A stretch of 64,000 nt of DNA, taken from contig NC_068981.1 in assembly GCF_001194135.2 (NCBI RefSeq), positions 59,894,381 to 59,958,380 on the forward strand, read 5' to 3'. Under the pieces are notes generated by a model. The model ran no database searches. It was not told where the DNA came from and saw only the letters and a program-made list of their open reading frames with translations. Positions 49,628-62,715 of this stretch are shown one piece after another. Every line of letters starts with the position of its first letter. Position 1 is the first letter of the stretch. The position numbers were made by a program, and so were the translations under genes. This stretch comes from Octopus bimaculoides (Eukaryota).

Positions 49628-50539
49628 NNNNNNNNNNNNNNNNNNNNNNNNNNNNNNNNNNNNNNNNNNNNNNNNNNNNNNNNNNNNNNNNNNNNNNNNN
49701 NNNNNNNNNNNNNNNNNNNNNNNNNNNNNNNNNNNNNNNNNNNNNTGGTGGTGGTGGTGGTGGTGGTGGTGGTGGTGGTGGTAGTGGTAGTAGTAGTAGT
49801 AGTAGTAGTATGCAGTGCAATGCAGTCTATTGCAGTGCAATGCAGTCTATTGTAGAGTTTCGATGGAATTGAAGAAAATATGGTCTTGACAACAGAATGA
49901 TCTGATTATATTTCTTGCTCTATATATTGTCTTAATTGTCTGTAGTACGGAGTTCTTTTATTAACTTTATTCATTGATTTTATTGCGGATTTATTAATGT
50001 AATGTTTACCAGAACACAATTGTAATTAACCCTCCGTAATCGTCTGTAAAAGTTGGCAACAAATATGATTTTTATGCATCATATTCGTCCTTGAAATTCA
50101 TGTTAAAAGCATTTAATCTGCATTTTATTTCCAACATCCCTTAAGTATTGTAGCTATATTTTATTTCATTCCCTTTATAAGATTTCATCCAAGTAATTCA
50201 CTGTCTCATATAGATAAAACACAGCCACATAATTCGTCCAATAATTATGTATTAGAGTCATTAACTTAATGCTTTCATTGGATGTTGAACACCCTATGTA
50301 ACATCAACTAATAGGGTGTTTAGAGACAAATTTACAAGGAATATTAATTTCAAATTGAAGATATCATGGTAATATTTCTTGGTAGCTGATCGATATTGCA
50401 ACGTTTCTTCCTAGTGATTAGATTCTTTCGTTTCCTGTCAGTTGCAATGGTGTCATTTGCATAACTAACGCCATTTTCGTTTTGTTTAGAATGAATAAAG
50501 TGACATTTCACTTTATTTAGGCTTCAGTTTTAATTAAAA

Positions 50540-51150
50540 TATATAGTACTGGCAATACTATGCATTGTAGGATATAACAATACATGGCGGCGCATTCTAT
50601 ATAAAACTGAGCATACATACTACACAGTACTGGTAGGGTACACAATATTGTGATTGTAGAACAGATTATATAGTATTGTTAGTGTGTATCACTTGGACAG
50701 CCCATACAGTTCTAGTCGAATAGATTATATAGCACTGGCAGGAGAGAATATTTAATACGGCGTACAGACTAACTAGTATTGGTGAAACAAAAACTATGCA
50801 GTATTGGCTGTACATATTGTACGGAACTCGCTGTACCCATTATAGTATTGACCAAATTATATAGTATTTGAAATATACAGGCTATACAGTACAAACAGTA
50901 CAAACTACACAGACTGGTACGACAAACTATATACTACTGGCAGGATAAACTACATAGTGTTGGTAATACTGATTATATAGTACTGGATGCACTATATATA
51001 TAGTACTTGTAGAACGTATTACATAGTACGGATAGGACAGTTGACATTGTGTGGTAAAAGAGGCTATATAGTACATGTAGGACAGAATGTATGGTGTTGG
51101 TAATATGAAATGGCAGTCTATTTCATACTGGCACAGTCCAGTGGCACAGT
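50540..51150. repeat. Old degenerate minisatellite (core ..tatatagtactgg.., roughly 20-25 bp spacing)
   Basis: Recurrent variants of tatagtactgg/tatagtattg/cagtactgg across ~600 bp. Confidence 0.65.
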
Positions 51151-51999
51151 AAAGGTTGTCCAATCTCATTTAATCTTGCGGTATAAATATAAAACATAAA
51201 AAGATATCTCATCTACATTGATAATTTTGATGGAATTTGACCACATAAATGTGAACAAAATGCAAATTAGTAAATGTTGCAAGTAAATATTTAAATTGCT
51301 AATTTGGGAAAAAGGGCAGAAAAGTCTTTGTTGGATGGCGTAGATATAACTGTGAGATTATTATGGTTTAGAAAATTGTACTGTAAATATTTTATGCAAG
51401 GTGTGTATGATCAGTAATTACTCTATTCTATAAATTCACACAAAACATTATTATAAAGTACCAGCGTAACGGAAACATCTTTTCGATTAAATGTAGGCCC
51501 TGTGAGGACCGATTCGAATAGTGTTGTGGGGCTAATTTAATCCACTTTCTATAATGGTTCTAATTCACTTCACTTTCAAAAGAGCTTGATATAAGTACCC
51601 TCTATGGTACGGTAGTCTACGCGACTACCTTATAATATTGGTAGTTACTCCAAGCAGGAAAACACAAAGCACTTTTTGCCAAAACAACAGAAATAAATTT
51701 CTAGGTAGCCGATTGCGAGAGCACTAACCATTAGAATATATCGTACTCAACCTTAGATTGTGCTTTCTAAAAGTTTAAGAGAGAAGTTTACAGTATTGGT
51801 GTCATCAGAAATCATCATTAAAAAAAGAAAAACAAGGAGAAAACCGCCCTACGAGCAGTTTTCTCCTAGCTCCTTGACAATATTTTCACATTTGATTCCC
51901 AATTCTAATCATTTTTATATTTCACGTCTAATCATTTCTTTGTATAATAGTGCTCCTTTGCTTAGTAAATATTGCTTTCATTATTTTATCACAGTCATA

Positions 52000-52056
<57 letters not shown>

Positions 52057-52207
52057 NNNNNNNNNNNNNNNNNNNNNNNNNNNNNNNNNNNNNNNNNNNN
52101 NNNNNNNNNNNNNNNNNNNNNNNNNNNNNNNNNNNNNNNNNNNNNNNNNNNNCTCAAAGCATCATAGAGATTACAATTCAGAAGCAACATCTGTAAGCTC
52201 TGCAGTG

Positions 52208-52262
<55 letters not shown>

Positions 52263-52389
52263 GAGAGAGCACATTGAAAACAATGAATGAAATAAACATA
52301 AAATGAAACAAGTATAAATAAAAGGGCATTATTACAGGTGTATACGCCCCTAACTTTGTTGCCTCATAACGTCCAGAAGAATGGATACT

Positions 52390-53030
52390 TTTTAACAAAA
52401 TTTTCTGCAAATACCGCTTAGATGTTGTGGCTTCAGAATATGTAGGGATTCATGAGAAAGACATTTTTCCGACGGGATGGAGAGAGGAGCTTTGGAAAAT
52501 TCCCAGGATCTGACTTTTTTCCGTCATAACTTTCAGGAAAATAGGTATCTTGTAATGAAAATTTATACAAATTCCTTTCAAACGGCGTAGATTACGATTA
52601 TAAAGAAATTTGTGGGGAAACGTTTTTCGGGGATCTTTCCTATTTTTTTAAACTACAGTCTTCGAAATGATGGGGTTGGAGATGGGGGTGCATCTTTGTA
52701 TGAAAAGGTTTTGAAAATTGTTTTTTTTTTACAAGCCCCACCCTTCCCTCATCATCTCACTCCGGATCTATTTTGGCCTGTTTCTTTTGTTTTTCTTTTT
52801 GCACTTCGGAACCATGGGAAGAGCATTTTCATTAAAAAAAGAATTGTTAATATTTCAAGAAGGAAATGTGAGTGATTTAAGGGGGATTTGACTGTTGTTT
52901 CTAGCACATCCAAAGACAAACCCCCTCGTTTCTTTATCAATCTCGCATGTATTGATGTTTTTTAATATTTTCCCTCATAAATACATTTATATGCTATAAA
53001 AAAGAAAATTTGAGAAATTATGAACTTTTT
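52390..53030. mobile_element. Possible non-autonomous DNA transposon remnant
   Basis: Contains cataactttc, aaatttatac and gatttaaggggg motifs typical of MITE sub-termini; no TIR or TSD could be delimited. Confidence 0.25.
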
Positions 53031-53188
53031 CCAACCCCACTCCTTGCTCCCGATTGTTTCTGTTTAGAAATTAAACTATTGGAGGTCCTGAGAAGTTCAT
53101 TGCTGTCATTTATCCACAATGATTTTAAAAATACATTACGAGGTGTACTTGCATAGCAAGTGACTTGAACTGAGATCATGTGCTGAAA

Positions 53189-53435
53189 CAAAAACAATTT
53201 GCAGCATGGATGATGTCTGTAAGCCATTCAAGAACATACAAAACAGTTAGTTTCACTTCAACATTTAAATTTCATTTGTGTCAGAATATTTTCGTCGCTT
53301 TGAAACTGCGACCTGTTCACTGACAAAACATCACAAAACTGATGCAGCACGAAATTTAAATGTTGAAGTGAAACTAACTGTTTTTGTGTGTTCTTGAATG
53401 GCTTACAAACATCTTCCATGCTGCAATTGTTGTTG
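53189..53435. mobile_element. Fold-back (palindromic) MITE-like element: ~85-bp inverted arms and 77-bp spacer
   Basis: 53189-53273 is nearly the reverse complement of 53351-53435 (only a handful of differences by eye). Confidence 0.85.
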
Positions 53436-55854
53436 AAAAACAAAAGTGTGATGCAAAGGATAATTCATTTTAATAGCACACTTTTCGGTTAGAAAATGTT
53501 TTTTCTTACACACACAAACACTGCTTCGCTTGATTCAGGTGGGGTTAAATGTTTAGGTTACAATTTATTTCGTTTTTTCTTCTTCCACCAATGGATCACG
53601 CGTGTGTTACTTCGGTATTATCATTCCATAAAATATCTTTAATAGGAGAAAAATATTGAAAAAATATCAATACATGTGAGCATGAAAAGGAGTAGCGGTG
53701 TTTGGGTTGTGCTAGGAACAACAGCGAAATTTCCCTTGAATTGTTCCTCTGAAAATATTTACAATTTGTCTTCTTTTTTTTTCTTACGAAAAGGCTCTTC
53801 CTATAGTTTTAAGTTAAAAATGAAAATGGCCAAAATCGGTCCGGATAGTTATTATTGCAAGCCTTTTAGCGTTCCAAACGGCCAAAAGAACAAAATCACT
53901 TAAAAAATTTTTTTACAAAAATTATACGGGTAACTTAAAAAAATTTCATTCAATAAATAATGTTTTTACATTATGTATACATTAATAGAATAAACTATCG
54001 GTTTTCCAAATAGCGAATTAAAACTTGAAATAAAAACATTAAAAGAGAAAATGAGAATGGAATACTCTGCAGTGAATGCAATGAATATTTAAATTTACGA
54101 AAAAATGGATTTTAAAAATTCAGTAAACTTGAGAAATCGAAATTATAGGTAATATCTTAGAACATGAATTTATGAAAGTATTTCCAGTCGGTCAGCCGTT
54201 CAATAATTGCTTTCTTTTAGTGCTTTTAGTAATTGTTATATACCTAATTAATAAGCCGCTTTCTCCTTTATAGTATTTAAAAAAATGCCATACTTCTTTT
54301 TATGTGTGATTTCCGATAGTTCGGTAAAAATTTTAATTCGTGCTATTTGTGATTTAATAATCTAAACAGCACTCAGTTATTTTGCCTCTACTTTCAAGCA
54401 AGTATATATAAAGGACAATAAACTAATTTAACTGTTGAGAACGTGTTAGCAGTTAACAATTGCGAGTTTATATAATGTCAAAGTATTACCTTAAATGTGT
54501 TGCTATTAAGAGCTGTGTAATAAAAACAAACGCCTTAGTAGCAAAGAGATTTTTCAGCGAACGGTGGCAATACACATAGAAACTGTGGGATTTCTTCGAA
54601 AATCTACAAGGCCAAATAATTAGTTCTCTTGTTATTTTGGTTCTATTGATCGACAGCTTGCAATGTATTTGCTGTTAACGTCCTTTCAAATTATCTGCTG
54701 TCGAGTTACAAGCTTCAAAGCTCTTGTTATATTTACAGTCACTTCTTTTTGTAATTCAGAGATGCTTAAACATTCATTTCTTAGTTCTAGTCATATTCTG
54801 AGCTGTAGTTCTATAATAATACCTAAATCAATTGTTGCTCACTTCTGTAATAAGTGAATAACTTATATGTTTCATTAGATAAAAATTGTTTCGATACTAC
54901 TGTATCTAATATTGATTTCAATGAAAATGCAGTGCTGGTCATCATTTACCTTTTCAGCAAAAAGAAAAAGACATATAAAAAGCACATTATGCTTTCATTT
55001 TAATAAAATTGAAAAACTTAAATGAAAGGCTACGAAATAGGAAATTTGATATGTATGAATATGTATGGTGTTGAAATTAGAAATGCTAGTGGTATCTTTT
55101 AATGTTTTCACGTCAATGTAAATATCAAGGTTTATAATGAACATTTACCAGACAAAAAAGTTCATTCTTTTTTCTGAGAAGAAAATAAGGAAGAAGTAGC
55201 TTATAGGTTGACTTAAGTTGTACCTGGTCGACTCTTGCCAAGAAATATGATCAATTATTTATCAATATAATAATCTAAAATTTCATGGTTCCAAACCTAT
55301 GAGATATCTATTTCACTGGTCGGTAAATCTTTTAAACAGAAATTTCCGGTGTGAAATACAACTGACAGGGAGAAGACACCTTTTAAACAACGTATAGCTT
55401 TAATCAGTTGTTTAAATAATAACTAACTAGATTTGTTTTCTTGGTGCTGGCACTTAATCCTTTGAGTAGCCTTCCTTGACTACTTCCAATACCCTGTTGT
55501 CACGTATTAGAAAATGTTTCCTCATTTTATATTTGCATTGTAGCCATCTGTAACAAGATTGTAACTTATATTATTCTTACTTAACTATTTCCGATAATGG
55601 GTCTTTTTTTTATGTTACAATGTTTTGTCTTGTTGGATAACGAGCTAAATAAACACAGCTTTGAAATGTGATAGGTTTGGATGTGAATATTCTGTATTCT
55701 AAATTGATTTTCTTGAACAACTCGTAGAAATGTTAGCATGATAGATCTTATAGTTTAAATTATGTCTTCTTTGCTGTCTTTGTATATGTACAAGACTTAT
55801 ATCTATTTATAATATACTTTAAGTTCGTATATCAAAATAACTAGGATATCTCGA

Positions 55855-57455
55855 CATATATATATTTCTACCATTTCTACTCATTACTTTCTGCACACCA
55901 CTTTCCTTAGATAATGCAACTGCAACTATAACATCCTACATATACTTTTATTTTTACTTTTATACTCTTATTTCCCTTTATACTTTTTATTTCCAGCCTT
56001 TTCCAAAATCACTCCTTATACTGAACTCCACTATTTCCCTCTATTTAACCCTCGCACGTCGACTCTGATGAAGGGATATCCCTAATATCCCAGAAACAGA
56101 TGTAAGACTAACTTTCTCTTTATAAATGTCCTTGGCTTTGTTGTCTCATTTTATTTGCTATATACATCCTCTTACAAGACATGCATTAGATTCCTCACTC
56201 GTATTGTTATCGAACTGAGAGTTTAACTAAGGTTCTTCCATAGCACTTACGTAGCTTTACCTGCCACCTTGTGTCTTCTAGATGCCAATACTTCTCATAC
56301 CCTTATTTCCTTGCTAATACAAGCTTATGTAATCTTCTATAACGGATTAACAACAATTCCTTAGTTTCTCTCTTAAGGGCATACCTATTCCTTCACAAAA
56401 AACTTTCCTCTTACTCATCCGAGAAATGCAGTGGAATGCTTTCCATGATAACCGTAAGAACCGGATCGATAATAATACCAACACATACAATCTTCGATCC
56501 TATACACATATTCCACACAATCCCCCCGACTCGACAAATTCGAAGCGGATATACTTCATATAATTAGGAACATTAAATTCTCTAAATATAAATCCTCCTT
56601 CCAAAAATAACTTATCCAAACTATAAAACGAATATCTTCGTCGCCTAAATTGCACGTCTTCTCAGATATAACGGGAAATATGTATTCTATTACTATCGAG
56701 GAATACACCAAATTCATCAAGAATGAACTATATAAGTCTTCTAAGCTGGCACCGACATCTGCCTTTGACAGTATCAACACTAGCCAATGCAAATTTATGA
56801 ACAAACTACACGTGGACGATCGCAGACAACCCTACTGCCCTACATCTCCAGACGTAAACTTTAAGGATAATAAGAAGAACTTCATAACTAAACCATCTAT
56901 ACACCTCATATGCTGTACCATATCCGACCTGGAAAGAATAAGCAAGAATATTCTGGATAAAATAGTACCAATGGTTAAGGAGAAATTGAACGTCAACTAA
57001 CGGTCCTATACAGGTGAAGTCATAACATGTTTCCAACACTTAAACATCAAAACCTCTACTTCTTTCCTACACTTCGATATTAATAATTACTATTCCTCTA
57101 TTTTCCCTAATTTCTAAATGAAGCTCTCCTTCTCGCTAAGAATCTAACTAACCTAACCCTAGTAGAAATTAACATATTTTTTAATGCCCGCAAAAACCCT
57201 TATTTTTTCGAGGACAAACGTTGGTGTCGGACCAACTATGACAATAACAATAACTATAGCAAATTCTTTGACATTACTATGGGATCATCCGACTCCACCC
57301 AAGTCATCGACCTCGTTGGACTATACATACTCCACCAGCTCCGAATACATTTCGTTATATATATATATATTTATACCATTTCTACACACTACTTTTTATA
57401 CACCACTTTCCTCGGATAATAGAACTGCAACTATAATATTCTACATATATTATAT
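55855..57455 (+). mobile_element. Penelope-like element: pLTR, RT N-terminal half, partial pLTR
   Basis: A ~95-bp direct repeat (taccatttctac...caccactttcct..gataat..aactgcaactataa..t.ctacatata) occurs at ~55865-55955 and ~57370-57455. Between them are HVFSDITGNMY...EEYTK, FKDNKKNF..KPSIHLI...SDL.RISKNILD, FDINNYYSSI and FDITMGSSD..QVIDLVGLYILH (PLE RT). Confidence 0.88.
56058..56110 (+). ncRNA. Type I hammerhead ribozyme motif (degenerate) in the Penelope pLTR
   Basis: CTGATGA (56065-71), A, stem II GGGATAT/ATATCCC (56073-79/56085-91), A, GAAAC (56093-97), AGAT, then GTA cleavage triplet (56102-04). Catalytic core intact; stem I only partly pairs. Confidence 0.7.
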
Positions 57456-57479
57456 GAAACCTCTAGACACCACAGCTCC

Positions 57480-58042
57480 CTCTGCCCTGACGCAGTTCAG
57501 CGTGTAAAACTGCTTTTGGGAGCTTGCCGCCCTCCATCCTGCAAGCATGTCCGGCCCAGCTCAGCTGTGATGAGGTAGTTAGGGCCTCCGCGCTAACTGC
57601 GCCAGCACAGCGCAGGATTTCTATATCAGGAATGAGATCCTGCCATCTGATATGCAAGGTAGAGCGCAAATAACGAAATTGGACATGCATCAGTGCCTGC
57701 AGTAGAGTGTCATACATTCCATGGCGTGGAGGCAAGAGAGCAGTGCGATATTGTACACCTTCATCTTCGTGTTATGGACAGTGTCATGGCAGCTCCATAA
57801 ACACTTCTCGGGAGATCCAAAAGCATTTGTGGGAGACTGTATTCGTTCTCAGCTTCGAGATCAGAACAGTTTGTACAAATCACTGCGCTGCCGAAATAGT
57901 AAAGGCCACGATGTACTGTAGGGGCAGTCCGTTTGCTGTCACTGGCTCGATACTCTCGATCTATTAGGGCATGTTGGTGGATGTTGGTAGAGCAGCTCGG
58001 TCTTCGGGTCGTTGATCTTAAGACCAAACTTGACTGTTGCAC
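57480..58042 (-). mobile_element. RTE-clade (BovB-like) LINE 3' remnant
   Basis: The minus strand gives KFGLKINDPKTELLYQHP and LRSTLHIRWQDLIPDIEILRCAG...SQLSWAGHACRMEGGKLPKAVLHAEL, the RTE C-terminal signature. Confidence 0.88.
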
Positions 58043-58074
58043 AAGAATATCTATATATCTGTATGCCTATCTAC

Positions 58075-58745
58075 TAACATTGCAATCCAAGAACAGGATA
58101 TTGCTATTAAATACCTAGTCAACAAAAAAGACAGTGAAGCTCTTAGAGTTCTAAGATGCAACTCTAAATGTAGATTATGTCATATTTCTGTGGAAAACAT
58201 CACACATGTGATTAGCAGCTGCTCAAAAAATGCTATCAGGCTGCGACGTTGTCGCAAAAACAATATACAAAGCCATTCGGAAAAAGACTGTCCTGGAATA
58301 AATATAGAGAATCACCGTGTTATTGAATACGTACACAAATACCAGCACGAGAAATACTGGTGGAACATACCCATCAAAACATCTGTCAAGTGTATGCATA
58401 ACAGGCCGGATATCCTTTTGAGGATAGAGAAGAAAATGTATATATGTAACGTTGCAGAGGTTAGCTGTCCACTGATGTGAATATCCCTTTGAAAATCAAA
58501 GACAAAGAAGATAATTATGGACAACTGCTTCAAAACCTCCAGTTTCTGTATCTGGATTACAAACTTACATTTATGCTAATAATAATTCGAGCATTTGGTT
58601 TTGTAAGTAAATGCCTGACTGAAGTCTGGAAAAGCTTGGATTTTCAGAAAAAGAAACCAACCAGTTGATTCACACATTAAAACTACAATCTGTAAGCAGA
58701 ATAGTAAAACTACATAAGATTATTATCAGGTTTAAAATGTGACAT
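58075..58745 (+). mobile_element. R4/Dong-like non-LTR retrotransposon 3' end (CCHC knuckle plus restriction-like endonuclease)
   Basis: AIQEQDIAIKYL, KCRLCHISVENITHVISSC (CCHC), WWNIPIKT..K..HNRPDI, EVSCP.DVNI..K..DK.DNY..L (PD-(D/E)xK-type REL). Frameshifted. Confidence 0.85.
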
Positions 58746-58959
58746 TGTTTTCATTTTCTACACTTCAACGATCGAGTATTGTACCTGTGTTAGAAACCAG
58801 CTCCTTTATTCAGAGGAAGAGTTCAAAAGATTAAAACAGAACACACACACATACACACACACACATGCTCACACACACACACATACATACGTGTGTATGT
58901 GTGTGTATATATATTATGTATATATTATATATATATTATTTATATTACATATATATTAG

Positions 58960-59010
<51 letters not shown>

Positions 59011-59479
59011 CCACTGTGTATGAACATATATGTAATGTAATAGAAATATAATATTGTGACGTTCATAATATGAAACAGAATTACTATAACTACTGACTTT
59101 AAAATCGGGTTGCAGAGTGAATTTTGCTTGCTTATTGCTACGCATCTGAACCGAAACATATACTTTCAATGATTGAGCATACATTTCCGATATTAATGCT
59201 TTTTCTAAACATATTTTGAGAGATATAAATGTTTCAATTGTGATTAGAGCCAGAAATATTTTCTCCCTTTAGCAATCATCTAGTAAGAAGACATTAGTAT
59301 CCCACAAACTATTAATTTGAGCAGCCATTAAAAAATCTAAGGTTTCGAGACTGTTTCAGTTATGCCCACTGACTGCTGACGTTTAATTCCGTTCGTTTGT
59401 TAAAGTAAATAAATTTTTAACTCATTCTAATATTCGTAAGGAAAAAGGGATCTGTCAGTTGTCACGCCTCACAAAGTTC

Positions 59480-61136
59480 ACTCTTTGCTGCAATGTTCTC
59501 TTCTGTCACTGGGCGTGAGTCACTGGTATCAGACAGGCAAATCGAACTGATGTCTCCAGTCACGATCTCACCTCATGCAGTCTATATTGTCCTTTAAAAA
59601 CTTCATCGTGACAAAAGCGTCGGCCAAGGTAGTCTCCATCCAGCTGTTCTACGTGTCCTAGCACGTACCCTGGTGGCTCCTCTGGCATCTCTTTTCAATC
59701 TTTCCCTTGAGCAAGGAACTGTAACGGAAGACTGGAAGAAAGCGACCGTATGTCTAATATTCAAAAAGGGCAATAAGAAAGACCCCTTAATTATCGACCG
59801 GTCAGTCTGACATCCATCCTCTGCAAAGTAATGGAGACCATCGTCAAGAAATCTCTCATGAACCATGTCTTTACTGCAAATGCTTTATCCGACTCGCAGA
59901 ATGGATTTCTACCCAGAAGATCTTGCCTAACAAATCTTCTCCTTCTTGAGGATTGGATTACAAGGACCATGGATGAAGAAGACTCGGTGGACGTGGTTAT
60001 TTTTGGACTTCGTAAAGCCGTTTGACTCCGTTAATCACCGATTTCTCTTGCACAAACTTCAAGCATACAAGATTCACCCACTGGTGACTTCGTGGATTTC
60101 TTCCTTCCTGAGCCATCGAACATTTCGGATGCAGATAAATGGAGATCTCTCCGCGGAGACGAATGCCTGCAGCGGCGTTCCCCAGGTGCTGGAGCCAATA
60201 AATTTCCTTCTCTATATTAACGACCTGCTAGATTTTCTTGATGGAAGAGTCCTCCTATTTGTAGACGACGTCAAACTTTTCTCGCCTAGGAATCAATACG
60301 ACATACTCCAATAGTCACTCAACCGAGCTTGGAACTGGGCAGAAGAATGGGATCTACCCTTGAACGCCTCAAAATGCAGCCATTTGCCAATAGATTCACA
60401 TCCAAACTCTCCCTTGGCTATTGATCTCAAACACCAACATCTTAAGATGGTCCCTGAAGAAAAGGATCTCGGCATAATGATCGATACAACTTTCAAACCA
60501 ACACGGCAGTATAATCGAGGCGGCGAACAAAATCAGAAAGAATATTTTCGTTATCCACCGGTCCTTTGTCAACCTTTCAATGGACGTCTTTCAGCTTTTA
60601 TACGTCATTCTAGTTCGATCCATGTTCGAATATTGCATCCAGGCCTCAAATCCATATTTACTGACGGGTTCAGCGCTTAGCTACCCGTATGGTCGCGGGT
60701 TTTGTAAGCTTACGTATGAGGAACGATTCCAACGCCTGACATTATCTTCGCTCGAACGACGGGGGATATGAGGAGATCTCATCCTGGCTTTCGACATCTT
60801 CAACGGAAATGTAAACCTACCATTTGCGCAGTTTTTCACCCTTGTGCCGGATAGGGGTCTTCGTGGGCATGATCGCAAACTCTATCCCCGACACTTTCGA
60901 CTCAACAGGTGGAAGGCCGCATTCTCCGTCCGTATCGCAGCCCCGTGGAACAAGCTACCACAAGATGTCATTCAACTTCCCACCAGTCCCCTGTCCAAAG
61001 AGGCTCTGGATAACTGTGGCGACTATGTATAAAACTGTATGTAACAATAATTGTTTTTTTGTTTTTTTTACATAGCTTAAGCACTTTGTGCTCTTCTCCT
61101 GCAAATAAATTTGATTTGATTTGATAATTTGATTTG
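59480..61136 (+). mobile_element. 5'-truncated CR1-group LINE with 3' UTR and (TTGAT)n-like tail
   Basis: EDWKKATVCLIFKKG, YRPVSLTSILCKVME, QNGFLPRRSCLTNLL, FLDF.K.FDSVNH, GVPQ..VL.PI.FLLYINDL, LFVDDVKL, F...YVILVR...EY, L.YEERF..L.L.SLERR, F.VRIAAPWNKLP. Tail ttgatttgatttgataatttgatttg at ~61110-61136. Confidence 0.92.
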
Positions 61137-62359
61137 AAAAGTTCATGTGAGTGAAAGCTCACTGTTCTATCATATTTCTATATTATCATTTTACTTTGTT
61201 CGATCACAGTGATATACTAATGTGTATGGAATGCTTCTCAACCAATCTATATAGAAAGAAAATTGAACAAATTAACGTTAAAATACTTAAATACAAGCCC
61301 GAATTTAGTTCTAGTTTTCAATTATAGGATATCACACCTTAATAACAGCAGCTAGGAATATCTAGTGTTTCTTTGCATTATATCCTAATACCGTGCATAT
61401 TTTCTTCCATATTAAGATCTGAATAGCCAGTTCTTCCCAAATCGCCTAAGAAAGAAATTATGTGACCTTATGTAAGTAAAGGAACAAAGTGTCATTTAGA
61501 ATGTTGTGTATCGAACATATTTTATTACAGGTACATAAATAGAAAATAGAAGTAAATTCTGGAAATGTGGTCGTGGTCTTGAGCTTATTTCTATAACCAA
61601 ATAATCTTTAGATGTCATGGCAAATTAGGCTACATCTAACGTATGTAGACTTGAGAGTGTCATTTTAAATATGAATTGCAGTATATGTAAATTGCTGTAA
61701 CAATATGGGTGCTATGAGTGGTTTTGTGACAAGATCAGGGATGTTATGTCAGTTTAAAATTTCAGATGCTAGTAAGAAAATATCAAAGTGGAGAAGAGAA
61801 AGGAAAATCAATAATGATTTAGCCTCAGAAAAAGGAAAAGGCCAACTAGGTTTTGAATTATAGCAAAGCCAGATATTTGTAATTCGCAAGTGCAGAGTTC
61901 AGAAAAGCAATGCAGCAGAGAAAACTGTTGTTATTTTCTGATTCAGAACACTGTAATATTACAGTGTAGCCTCTATGTATTACGGTCCTGGGGACGAACT
62001 GTCGTGGAATAGTTGATTTTATACATATATGNNNNNNNNNNNNNNNNNNNNNNNNNNNNNNNNNNNNNNNNNNNNNNNNNNNNNNNNNNNNNNNNNNNNN
62101 NNNNNNNNNNNNNNNNNNNNNNNNNNNNNNNNNNNNNNNNNNNNNNNNNNNNNNNNNNNNNNNNNNNNNNNNNNNNNNNNNNNNNNNNNNNNNNNNNNNN
62201 NNNNNNNNNNNNNNNNNNNNNNNNNNNNNNNNNNNNNNNNNNNNNNNNNNNNNNNNNNNNNNNNNNNNNNNNNNNNNNNNNNNNNNNNNNNNNNNNNNNN
62301 NNNNNNNNNNNNNNNNNNNNNNNNNNNNNNNNNNNNNNNNNNNNNNNNNNNNNNNNNNN

Positions 62360-62409
<50 letters not shown>

Positions 62410-62410
62410 G

Positions 62411-62715
62411 CAGTACCAGCCAGTGGCTCTCGCGGCTTCTGATCTTAACTGATTGGAAGTGTTATCATGCACATTGTTTTGTCTTGGTATAAAAGATGGG
62501 CTACAGCAAATATTCTGCCCAGTACCACAGGTTTTCTTGTCAGTTGTTTGACCTTAACCAGTTGAGCATGTCTCTTGGTGGCTGACGATATGTGCATCTC
62601 TGATCACGAGCAGAAGTAGTGGGGGAGCGTCATAGTCATGTGTTGAGAGGAATTCTTCGGGGCTTGGATAATTCGCCTCTGGAAGCATGGGTGTTTCATT
62701 CAAGCGCCTGGTGTA
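62411..62715. repeat. Probable interspersed repeat abutting a (TAA)n array
   Basis: High-complexity ~300-bp segment next to (TAA)n that resembles an abundant Octopus repeat I recall; there is no second copy in the window to confirm it. Confidence 0.4.

Noticed and set aside
51595-51629. Two adjacent short hairpins (gtacc/ggtac and ggtagtc/gactacc)
   Set aside because: Stems of 5 and 7 bp are expected by chance in 64 kb, and there is no associated element end.
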